DNA of 62,207 nucleotides, the filler included. It is 3 parts of 3 records of this genome, joined end to end, with 100 filler letters (N's around TTAATTAATTAA, not from the genome) between each part and the next. Parts side by side here need not be neighbours in the genome. Positions count along the whole stretch, not along the records: positions 25,589 to 47,229 come from DRR723986_4991; 2 more parts are not named here. The stretch is one strand, 5' to 3'. The position numbers and the translations under genes were made by a program. Below, piece by piece: positions 28,434 to 36,792 of this stretch. The notes below the pieces were generated by a model. That model saw only the letters and a list, made by a program, of their open reading frames with translations. It searched no databases and was not told where the DNA came from. Positions within the stretch are counted from its first letter, which is position 1. Every line of letters begins with the position of its first letter.

Positions 28434-30245
28434 ATGCGCAGCACTTCGACTATCTCGTGGAAGCAAGCTTTAGGGCTTGTAGGATTGGTAATTTTGACCG
28501 GCTGCCGGACGCCGTTGTACGAATGCGGGGAGATGTATGCCGAGCACAATCTTGGCACTGACATCAACTCACCGTATGACGATTTTGCACCCCTGATGTA
28601 CAGTCAGGAACGCTTGTTGTTTACTTCCAACCGGCCGGCAGGTTCACATGACACCGATTTTGTGGACACGCTTTCGGCCTACGGCGAGAACATTTACGCA
28701 GCTGAATTTGTGAATGGGCTGCCTGTAAATCCAATTCTGATTCAGGATCCGCAGCTCAATACGCTGCGCAATGACGGATCAGCGGGAGTCTACATCGATC
28801 CTGAGAGTGGACGCGTAGAATTATACTTTGCGCGCTTCCACAGTGGCTCTGAACGCTCTGATGCAGATCTGTTTGTGACGACTTATCAGAATAAGCGCTG
28901 GTCACCGGCGCAGAGTTTGGGGCCACGCGTCAATTCCGGTGACTGGGACGCCCAGCCGGCAATTTCGCCGGATGGGAGCTTCCTTGTATTTGCATCGGAC
29001 AGGCCCAATCAATTTGGTGAAATTGACGCTGAGGTTAATGACGTCGACCTATACGTGGCCCGGCGCCTGCAGGATGGAAGCTGGTCGGCTCCAGTCAGGC
29101 TTTCGGACAGGATCAATAGCGACACTGATGATATTACGCCGGCTTTTGGGATCGGCAATGACTTGTATTACGCCTCCAGGACACAGACGGCAAATCAGCA
29201 CTACGATATTTTTGTTTCGCGGAATATGGGCGCGGGGCAGTGGGCGGAGGGCGAAGCTTTGCCCTGGCCATTTAATGATCCGATCGGCAACGACCACAGT
29301 CCGACTTCCTGGGGTGATTCTCTGTACTTTGCCTCCGACAGGGTCGGCGGTTGCGGCGGTTACGACTTGTATGCTGCCAAAATTTGCGAAGCTGTGATAG
29401 TGCGTGGAGTTGTAAACTCATCGATTGATGAACACAAGCGCGAACGCATTCTGGTGTTTGATGGCCGCGAGGTTCAGGTGGCAGCGTTGGAAGTTTCGCC
29501 CGACGGCGCATTTGAATACAGCCTGGCACCGGGAGAAGAGTATCGCTTTGAATATGAAAATGCCTGTTATCCGGCGCTGGTAGATCCTGTGACTGTGGAG
29601 GCGCATTGTTCGGTTGATCCCACGATCATTCGTTTGGCGTTTGATGCTCCGCCGTTTGAACCTGGGGCGCTGGACATTCCGGACTATGCGGTACCATTTT
29701 TTGTGACGGGGTATTACAAACCGAGCACGCCGGACAATATCCAGGATTTGCGTTTAAAATTTGCCTACAATCTGATTGGCGAAGACAGCACGTCTTACAT
29801 TGAATGTCCTGATGAAGTGTATGACAATATTGCTGCGGAGGTGGAGCTTGCGCTGGACCGCACAACAAGCCTGTTGGTTGACTATATGCGCCAGTTTCTG
29901 GATGAGTGTGCCGTGGGCGCGCCGGTGATGGAGATCAGCATTGAAGGTTTTGCGGACCCGCGCCCAATTTTTAGCGAGGCGCGATATGCGGATGAAGCTA
30001 TTTTTGACCCCGAACTGAATATGTTTGTTGAGCGCGGTGCGCAGATCGACAATCGGATTTTGGCGCGAATGCGCGCGTATTTCACAGCACGTGAACTGCT
30101 TCACAGGCTGGAAGGCTCGCCCGTGTTTCAGCAGGTGCGTGACCAGGTTCGCTTCCAGATTAATGGCACTGTGTTTGGTGAAAATGAAGCCTTGCCGTAT
30201 GCACAGCAACGTCGAATCGTAATAAGTGCACTACTCAGCGAATAA
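28434..30245 (+). CDS. Lipoprotein with PD40 beta-propeller repeats and a divergent OmpA_C-like C-terminus (PorE-like architecture)
   Basis: Lipobox LTGC; repeats INSPYDDFAP..LLFTSNR, VNSGDWDAQPAISPDG..LVFASDR and LYFASDRVGGCGGYDLY; C-terminal IEGFAD...DNRILARMRA. Confidence 0.75.
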   Translation: MRSTSTISWKQALGLVGLVILTGCRTPLYECGEMYAEHNLGTDINSPYDDFAPLMYSQERLLFTSNRPAGSHDTDFVDTLSAYGENIYAAEFVNGLPVNPILIQDPQLNTLRNDGSAGVYIDPESGRVELYFARFHSGSERSDADLFVTTYQNKRWSPAQSLGPRVNSGDWDAQPAISPDGSFLVFASDRPNQFGEIDAEVNDVDLYVARRLQDGSWSAPVRLSDRINSDTDDITPAFGIGNDLYYASRTQTANQHYDIFVSRNMGAGQWAEGEALPWPFNDPIGNDHSPTSWGDSLYFASDRVGGCGGYDLYAAKICEAVIVRGVVNSSIDEHKRERILVFDGREVQVAALEVSPDGAFEYSLAPGEEYRFEYENACYPALVDPVTVEAHCSVDPTIIRLAFDAPPFEPGALDIPDYAVPFFVTGYYKPSTPDNIQDLRLKFAYNLIGEDSTSYIECPDEVYDNIAAEVELALDRTTSLLVDYMRQFLDECAVGAPVMEISIEGFADPRPIFSEARYADEAIFDPELNMFVERGAQIDNRILARMRAYFTARELLHRLEGSPVFQQVRDQVRFQINGTVFGENEALPYAQQRRIVISALLSE

Positions 30246-30357
30246 ATCTGCGATTTAACATCCTAATGATCACATTTCGAGTGTGGAAATAGCATTTGCT
30301 TTTCGTAATTTGCTTCATCCGCTAAAGGTAGAGTTTTTGGGCATTAACAAGCAGCAG

Positions 30358-31473
30358 ATGCATATGGTTCGGCTCCCGGAGCACATCAGGTCTTTATCGC
30401 CATATAAACCCGGGAAATCAATAGAATCGGTTCAACGTGAACTCGGTTTGACTGAATTGATTAAACTGGCTTCAAATGAAAACCCTTTTGGCCCTTCGCC
30501 AAAGGCTTTGGCACGCATGGCAGAACATGCGGCTAGTTTGCACTACTATCCCAACAGCGGGCTGGACCTGCGGCACGCACTTGCAGAGCGGCTGAACTGC
30601 ACAACGGAGAACATCGTGTGTGCTGCCGGCTCTGAAAGCGTCCTGATGGCGGCACTAAAAGCGATGTTGGAGCCGGGGGCGACCATGGTCAGCAGCCGTG
30701 GCACCTTTGTTGGATTTCAAGTGCTGGCACATGCCAGCGCCTGCCAGACACATTACTGCGACTTAACAACGGACTTCCGATTTGATGTTGAAGCAATTGC
30801 GGATGCAGTCACACCTGCAACGCGGATTGTTTACATCGCCAATCCGAATAATCCGAGCGGCACCTTCCTCGATTCCAAAGAATTTGAATACCTGCACAGC
30901 CGAATTCCCAGTGATGTTCTGATCATCATGGACGAGGCCTACTTTGAGTACAGCCAAGCCGTGACGGATGAATATCCCGACAGCCTCAAATACCGTTTTG
31001 ATAACGTTCTGACGCTACGCACCTTTTCCAAGGTCTATGGCCTGGCTGGTTTGCGCATTGGCTATGGCGTCGGCAGCCCGCAGGTGATTGAGGCGCTGCA
31101 CAAAGTCAAGCTGCCTTTTGAGCCGGCGACGGTAGCGCAGTCTGCGGCACTGGGGGCTCTTGAGGATGACGCGTTTCTGGAAAAAACTGTGCGCGTGAAT
31201 CGCGAGGCGCTCGAATACTTTGAGAAATCGATGAGTGACCTGGGGCTCTCAACACCGCGCTCGGTGGCAAACTTTGTGTTGCTGGACCGCGGGACGCCGG
31301 AAGCCGTTGGGCAGCTCTATCAAGAAATGTTGCAGCGCGGAGTTATTACTCGTCCGCTGCAGGGGTTTGGTTTAGCCCACTGCCTGCGAATTAGCACTGG
31401 AACGACGGAAGAAAACGTCAAGTGTATGCAAGTGCTTAAAGAGGCACTTGACGCGATTGCATTGGCAGGCTGA
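30358..31473 (+). CDS. hisC: Histidinol-phosphate/aromatic amino acid aminotransferase
   Basis: KLASNENPFGPS, ANPNNPSG, DEAY, RTFSKVYGLAGLRIGY. Confidence 0.9.
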   Translation: MHMVRLPEHIRSLSPYKPGKSIESVQRELGLTELIKLASNENPFGPSPKALARMAEHAASLHYYPNSGLDLRHALAERLNCTTENIVCAAGSESVLMAALKAMLEPGATMVSSRGTFVGFQVLAHASACQTHYCDLTTDFRFDVEAIADAVTPATRIVYIANPNNPSGTFLDSKEFEYLHSRIPSDVLIIMDEAYFEYSQAVTDEYPDSLKYRFDNVLTLRTFSKVYGLAGLRIGYGVGSPQVIEALHKVKLPFEPATVAQSAALGALEDDAFLEKTVRVNREALEYFEKSMSDLGLSTPRSVANFVLLDRGTPEAVGQLYQEMLQRGVITRPLQGFGLAHCLRISTGTTEENVKCMQVLKEALDAIALAG

Positions 31474-31550
31474 TGTTACTCGTCAGCGGTACAAAATTGA
31501 TTGCGAAATGTTGAACTGTTTACACATTCTGAAAACAGCGGAGAAAATTT

Positions 31551-32681
31551 ATGTCTACGGTTGCACCGGAAACAAGTGAGAGCCCGGCAAAAGATTTGTT
31601 TGCTATCAAGGGAACACATCACCTTGAGTTTTTTGTCGGCAATGCCAAACAAGCGTCGTATTTCTACCGTCGCGCATTTGGCTTTGAATTGTTTGCGTAC
31701 AGTGGCCCGGAGACAGGCGTCCGAGAAACTTGCTCCTATGCTCTGCGACAAGGAAAGATCGTCCTGGTTCTGACCACACCACTGATTGCTGAACACCCTG
31801 CTAATGATTTTTTGCGGAGTCACGGCGATGGTGTCCGCGATATCGCACTGCATGTTGAGAGTGTTGATGACGCTTTCCGCATTACTACCGAGCGTGGTGC
31901 CAAAGCAGTTGTTGAGCCACATGTAATTGAAGATGCCAATGGCAAAGTCAAGTTGGCTACAATCGCTACGTATGGCGACACGGTTCACACTTTTGTAGAG
32001 CGTGGCGAAGACTATACTGGTCCGTTCCTGCCGCACTTTGAGGCGCGCACGGATCCAATGGGGTCGCACCCTGTTGGCCTGCAGTTTGTTGACCACGTAG
32101 TTGGCAATATGTCATGGGATCAAATGGATGAAACTGTTGAGTTCTACAAGAACGTCTTTGGTTTCTCGCGTTTTGTTTCCTTTGATGACAGCGACATTTC
32201 TACCGAATACACGGCATTGCGTTCGACGGTAGTTGCAAATGAAAACCGTTGGATCAAATTCCCGATTAACGAGCCTGCTGAAGGCCTGCGCAAGTCGCAG
32301 ATCGAGGAATATGTGGAGTTTAACAATGGTCCGGGTGTGCAGCACATTGCTATGCACACAAGTGACATTATCGCTTCCGTGGCTGCTTTGCGTGAAAATG
32401 GTGTGGACTTCCTGGAAACACCTGACACGTATTACACAGAGCTCAAAGAGCGCGTTGGTGATATTGACGAGGATCTGGAGCGTCTGCGCAAGCTGAAGAT
32501 TTTGGTTGACCGTGATGACAAAGGCTATATGCTGCAGTTGTTTACCAAACCAGTCGAAGACCGTCCAACATTGTTTATCGAGATCATTCAGCGCCGTGGC
32601 GCAGAGTCCTTTGGTAAAGGTAACTTTAAGGCTCTGTTTGAATCGATCGAACGCGAACAAGAGTCACGCGGTAACCTGTAA
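31551..32681 (+). CDS. hppD: 4-hydroxyphenylpyruvate dioxygenase
   Basis: HGDGV, DHVVGN, PINEP, SQIEEY, GVQHIA, LQLFTK, FIEIIQR, FGKGNF. Confidence 0.97.
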   Translation: MSTVAPETSESPAKDLFAIKGTHHLEFFVGNAKQASYFYRRAFGFELFAYSGPETGVRETCSYALRQGKIVLVLTTPLIAEHPANDFLRSHGDGVRDIALHVESVDDAFRITTERGAKAVVEPHVIEDANGKVKLATIATYGDTVHTFVERGEDYTGPFLPHFEARTDPMGSHPVGLQFVDHVVGNMSWDQMDETVEFYKNVFGFSRFVSFDDSDISTEYTALRSTVVANENRWIKFPINEPAEGLRKSQIEEYVEFNNGPGVQHIAMHTSDIIASVAALRENGVDFLETPDTYYTELKERVGDIDEDLERLRKLKILVDRDDKGYMLQLFTKPVEDRPTLFIEIIQRRGAESFGKGNFKALFESIEREQESRGNL

Positions 32682-32697
32682 GTTCAAAGTGTTTATT

Positions 32698-32733
32698 ATC
32701 CGGTCGGCGGTACAACAATACCGCTGACCGGAT
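32698..32733. other. Intergenic 15-bp stem-loop without U-tract (possible mRNA stabiliser or Rho-dependent pause)
   Basis: ATCCGGTCGGCGGTA-caacaa-TACCGCTGACCGGAT between hppD and gdh. Confidence 0.55.
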
Positions 32734-32798
32734 CTGTACATTACCTACTCAATAACGAACCCAAATTCACAGTCCCAATCCAGCTCGAGAATCGATCT

Positions 32799-34268
32799 AT
32801 GTCCACAATCCAGGCAGCCGGTGATCGGCCCAATGGCGCAGAAGCAGACAATTCCAACGTCGTTCCGTTCTACAAGTCTGTTAACCAAAATTTTGAGAAG
32901 GCTGTAGCCGTAACCGACTACGCAAAGGGTTTGACCGATCAGATTCGGGTTTGCAACTCTGTTTACTTCTTTCAATTCCCGGTTCGAATTAAAGGTGAAA
33001 TTCAGGTAATTGAAGCATGGCGTGTCGAGCACAGCCAGCACAAATTGCCAACCAAGGGCGGAATTCGTTTCAGCCCGCTGGTGGATCAGGATGAAGTCAT
33101 GGCGCTGGCGGCGTTGATGACGTTTAAGTGCGCGATTGTGCACGTGCCATTTGGGGGCGCCAAGGGTGGGGTGAAGATTAATCCCGCTGACTACAACGCC
33201 GAAGAGCTAGAGCGCATTACGCGTCGTTATGCTGCACAGCTTGTACAGAAAAACTTTATAAGTCCTTCTGTGGACGTGCCTGCGCCGGATTACGGCACAG
33301 GAGAGCGTGAGATGGCGTGGATTGCCGATACCTACGGCGCGTTCACTTATGGCCAGGATATCAATGCTCTGGCCTGTGTAACGGGTAAGCCGATTGCACA
33401 GGGTGGTGTGCGCGGGCGGACCGAAGCTACCGGTTTGGGAACGTATTTTGGTTTGCGCCAGACTGTGGAAGATCCGGAAATCATGAAACCACTGGGTATG
33501 CCCCTGGGCATGGCCGGCAAAAAAGTGATTGTGCAGGGATTTGGCAATGTGGGCTACTATGCTGCCAAATTTATCCAGGAGATGGGTGACGGCCTGATTA
33601 CGGGAATTGCCGAATGGGATGGCGGCCTGTACAATGCCAATGGAATCGACGTAGAAGCATTGGCAAAACACAAGCAGGAAACTGGATCAATTACCAATTT
33701 CCCAGGGGCTGAGGCTGTGGCCGACAGTGCATCCCTGCTTGAATATGAATGTGACATCCTGGTGCCTGCTGCGCTTGAAAATCAGATCACCTACAAAAAT
33801 GCACCGCATATCAAGGCGAAGATTGTGGGTGAAGCGGCGAATGGTCCGATCACATCCAAAGCCGAAGAAATCCTGCTGGGGCGCGGAATTTTTGTGGTAC
33901 CGGACATGTATCTGAACGCCGGTGGTGTAACCGTCTCATATTTTGAGTGGCTCAAAAATATATCGCACATTCGTTTTGGGCGCATGGGTAAGCGCTTTGA
34001 CGAAGGTGTGAATCAGCGGATGATTGATTCGATTGAAATGATGACGGGCAAGACATTTGGCGATACGGAGCGCAAGCTTCTGGTTGCCGGTGCCGGCGAG
34101 CGCGACCTGGTTTATTCGGGCCTGGAAGACACGATGATGTTCGCCTACAACGAGATCAAGACCTTCTGGCATGGCAATAAGAAGGTCAAGGATATGCGAA
34201 CGGCGGCTTACGTTTCGGCTCTGGATAAAGTCGCAACAGCATACATGCAGCTTGGTCTTTTCCCCTAA
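32799..34268 (+). CDS. gdhA: Glu/Leu/Phe/Val dehydrogenase, glutamate dehydrogenase of the eukaryote-like clade
   Basis: KGGIRF, MTFKC, PFGGAKGG, DVPAPD, GRTEATG, QGFGNVG, EAANGP, NAGGVTVSYFEW. Confidence 0.9.
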   Translation: MSTIQAAGDRPNGAEADNSNVVPFYKSVNQNFEKAVAVTDYAKGLTDQIRVCNSVYFFQFPVRIKGEIQVIEAWRVEHSQHKLPTKGGIRFSPLVDQDEVMALAALMTFKCAIVHVPFGGAKGGVKINPADYNAEELERITRRYAAQLVQKNFISPSVDVPAPDYGTGEREMAWIADTYGAFTYGQDINALACVTGKPIAQGGVRGRTEATGLGTYFGLRQTVEDPEIMKPLGMPLGMAGKKVIVQGFGNVGYYAAKFIQEMGDGLITGIAEWDGGLYNANGIDVEALAKHKQETGSITNFPGAEAVADSASLLEYECDILVPAALENQITYKNAPHIKAKIVGEAANGPITSKAEEILLGRGIFVVPDMYLNAGGVTVSYFEWLKNISHIRFGRMGKRFDEGVNQRMIDSIEMMTGKTFGDTERKLLVAGAGERDLVYSGLEDTMMFAYNEIKTFWHGNKKVKDMRTAAYVSALDKVATAYMQLGLFP

Positions 34269-34350
34269 TGAATTTGCAATTCAGCCGGGTGCATTCCGGC
34301 GAGTGTGGATAAGTATCTTGCCTTTTTTGGCAGGATCGGTTACAAATTGC

Positions 34351-34381
34351 TTGGAATATTCCCTTTCGACCCCTAAGTTTG
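34351..34381 (+). promoter_or_regulatory. Bacteroidota-type primary-sigma promoter (TTG-N20-TAAGTTTG)
   Basis: TAnnTTTG at 34374-34381 with TTG at 34351-34353, ending 35 nt before the small ribosomal-like ORF. Confidence 0.6.
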
Positions 34382-34416
34382 TAATCTTGTTCTACGCAAG
34401 CTAAAAGGGGCCGGAA

Positions 34417-34596
34417 ATGGCTAAGAAACAGACATTCGGTGATAAAGTCCAGAAGGGCAAAGGCGGCGATGCCGGGATGAACGTAAAAGTCATCCAGGGT
34501 TATCGTTCGGACACAGGCTCAATTAAGTACTATGAGCGCTTTGTTCGTGTTGCTGACATCAAAGATGTTGACAAAATTGATCTGAGAAAATCATGA
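34417..34596 (+). CDS. 59-aa basic protein, candidate DUF4295/ribosomal protein bL38 homolog
   Basis: Hand translation [59 protein letters not shown]. The stop overlaps the rpmE start (ATGA). Missed by the ORF track. The ORF is well supported; bL38 identity is an inference. Confidence 0.7.
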   Translation: MAKKQTFGDKVQKGKGGDAGMNVKVIQGYRSDTGSIKYYERFVRVADIKDVDKIDLRKS

Positions 34597-34877
34597 AGAA
34601 AGACCTGCATCCCGACTATCACACCGTCGAGATCGTTATGACCGACGGTTCCACGTACAAGACCCGTTCGTGCTATCCTGGGGACCGTATGGTTCTTGAG
34701 ATTGATTCCAAGTCGCACCCATTCTTTACGGGTAAACAGCGTTTGGTTGACACGGCAGGTCGTGTGGATCGCTTTAACAAGCGCTTCGAGAAAACGAAGA
34801 AATTGCGCGATCAGCGCAAGCCGGATACCGAAGCTGCACCAGCGGCAGAAGCGGCCGCCACTGAAGGCGAAAGCTGA
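34593..34877 (+). CDS. rpmE: 50S ribosomal protein L31 (no Zn-ribbon cysteines)
   Basis: MKKDLHPDY...[25 protein letters not shown]. Confidence 0.96.
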   Translation: MKKDLHPDYHTVEIVMTDGSTYKTRSCYPGDRMVLEIDSKSHPFFTGKQRLVDTAGRVDRFNKRFEKTKKLRDQRKPDTEAAPAAEAAATEGES

Positions 34878-34921
34878 AATTGAATATTTATTCTCAAACT
34901 CTTAGTGTAAGGTAGTAAGCC

Positions 34922-35170
34922 GTGTATCCACGCAGAGGTAGAAAACGCCAGGATCAGCGCAATCGTAAACGCCCCAATCCACTGGGCGAAGCGCGTCATG
35001 TAGATTATTTTGACACCAAACTTCTCCAGAAGTTCATCAACGACCAAGGGCGGATTCTGCCTCGTCGTTTGACTGGTGTTACGGCTTTCCAACAGCGCCA
35101 GGTAGCACGTGCCATTAAGCACGCGCGCCAGTTGGCATTGCTGCCGTTCGTAGCTCAAGATATCAATTGA
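34922..35170 (+). CDS. rpsR: 30S ribosomal protein S18 (no Zn-binding cysteines)
   Basis: VDY.D..LL.KFI...[10 protein letters not shown]...QR.VARAIK.AR.LALLPF; GTG start. Confidence 0.95.
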   Translation: MYPRRGRKRQDQRNRKRPNPLGEARHVDYFDTKLLQKFINDQGRILPRRLTGVTAFQQRQVARAIKHARQLALLPFVAQDIN

Positions 35171-35287
35171 TCTGATATTTCAGTTTCAATTGATGTGGCC
35201 TTTGTTAATCAGTTTTGATACTGGGTGGCATAGAGCGCGAATCTTTACATAAGAGTTGAGCGCTGAGCAAATCGGCGACAAAAACTT

Positions 35288-35325
35288 CAAGCGGCCAATC
35301 CCTGGATTGGCCGCTTGTTTTGTTT
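35288..35325 (+). terminator. Rho-independent terminator of the ribosomal mini-operon
   Basis: CAAGCGGCCAATC-cctg-GATTGGCCGCTTG followed by TTTTGTTT. Confidence 0.85.
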
Positions 35326-35487
35326 ACTGGAATATTTTAGGCCGCTGAATTACTTTTGGATTCTCTCCCAGTGCAAAACAAGAAGCGGCTGTTGCAGAAA
35401 GGGCAGACAAAGCTTGGCTGCCCCACAGTCGATCCGGACACAAGTATTGATTTCACCGCAGAAAAGATATGTTTAGGGCCAGTGTTT

Positions 35488-36141
35488 TTAGGGATAAAGG
35501 CGTTCGAGATTCCATTCCTGACTATTGATTGAATCGCGGCGGAAAAACCAGCGATCGTGCAGGCGGCTAACGCGACCCTGCCAATACTCGTACTCCAATG
35601 CAATAATGCGATAACCACCCCAATGATCGGGCAGTGGGACGGATTGATCGTCCTGATACTTCTGCTGGAGGTTACTGACGTCCTGTTCGAGGATTTCGCG
35701 GCTGGAGAGAGTCTGACTTTGAAGTGATGCGAGGGCGCCGATGCGGCTAGCGAAAGGACGAGAATCAAAATACTCTTGAGATTCGGCACGCGGCACTTTA
35801 GTGAGCGGACCAGTAATGCGAATCTGGCGTTGCAGCTCCGGCCAGAAAAACAGCATTGAAGCCTGTGGGTTCTGCGCGATTTCCTGCCCTTTACGACTTC
35901 CGTAATTTGTAAAGAAGGTAAAACCGTTTTGCGCGGCACCTTTGAGGAGAACGATGCGAACACTTGGAGTGCCCTGCGCGTCGGCGGTGGCAAGGCTAAA
36001 AGCAGTCGGTTCCTGGGTGACGTTCTTGAGTGCTGTCTGCATCCAGTTTTCAAATTGAGCAAATGGATCGGTGTTGACGTCCTTACGCTCCAGGCGGCCT
36101 GCGGAGTAATCACTGCGCTGATTTGCCAATTCTTCTTTCAT
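35488..36141 (-). CDS. pdxH: Pyridoxamine 5'-phosphate oxidase
   Basis: RIVLLK, FFTNYGSRKG, RQIRITG, YFDSRP, EYWQGR..RLHDR, RLYP. Confidence 0.96.
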   Translation of the reverse strand: MKEELANQRSDYSAGRLERKDVNTDPFAQFENWMQTALKNVTQEPTAFSLATADAQGTPSVRIVLLKGAAQNGFTFFTNYGSRKGQEIAQNPQASMLFFWPELQRQIRITGPLTKVPRAESQEYFDSRPFASRIGALASLQSQTLSSREILEQDVSNLQQKYQDDQSVPLPDHWGGYRIIALEYEYWQGRVSRLHDRWFFRRDSINSQEWNLERLYP

Positions 36142-36717
36142 ATTCGTTCCTCAAACATTCAGCTAATTGCACATTAAACCAGTTTTCCGGATGCATTAAC
36201 GAATATAGTGGGGCAATCGTTGATTTTTGGAAAGGGTAGACTTAAATACCTTGTATCGAGATGAAAGTGTTATAAGAAAGAGGGTATTAATCAATGCATC
36301 AGAAAAACCCTTAGGTAAAATTACCAGTATGTCTTACATAAATATTTGAAAGATTATTGTATATTGCTTCCAGTACAATGAGTGATTGAGTCGTTTAGCG
36401 CTCTGTACTATAAGTCGTGACTCTGGCAATGTGATCGGTTTTTTGTGATTTTCTACGACAATTTGAAAACAATCCATACTAGGTTGACGGTACAAGTCTG
36501 GTGCAATGTGCAAGCGGGAAGGCGTTGCAAAGTTGATTGTAACTTAATTGAATCCTGGTGATTGTAGGAATAGGTGTAATGCAGACTACTCTAAACAAAA
36601 TTTTTCTACGACCAAGAATTGAGTGAGCACGCAGTATTGGCGGGTGTCGCCTCCAAATGGAGGACGCGCGCATGTTAGCTGATTTGATGTATAGTTAGCC
36701 CGGCGGAAGGGGATCAG

Positions 36718-36756
36718 TGCCGAAGGAATGCCTTAAAAGCATTCCTTCGGCATTTT
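36718..36756. terminator. Perfect 14-bp hairpin downstream of hutH; the U-tract is on the + strand
   Basis: TGCCGAAGGAATGC-cttaaaa-GCATTCCTTCGGCA-TTTT. Confidence 0.65.
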
Positions 36757-36792
36757 AAAGCAGATTTTTTGGATAATGGACGCGGCGCGAGC

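Noticed and set aside
34304..34312. Perfect DnaA box (TGTGGATAA) as a sign of oriC
   Set aside because: Single box with no cluster. The AT-rich tract at 36.1-36.8 kb shows only one mismatched box (36768-36776).
36479..36673. 64-aa minus-strand ORF in the AT-rich gap
   Set aside because: No motif, atypical composition and no supporting start context.
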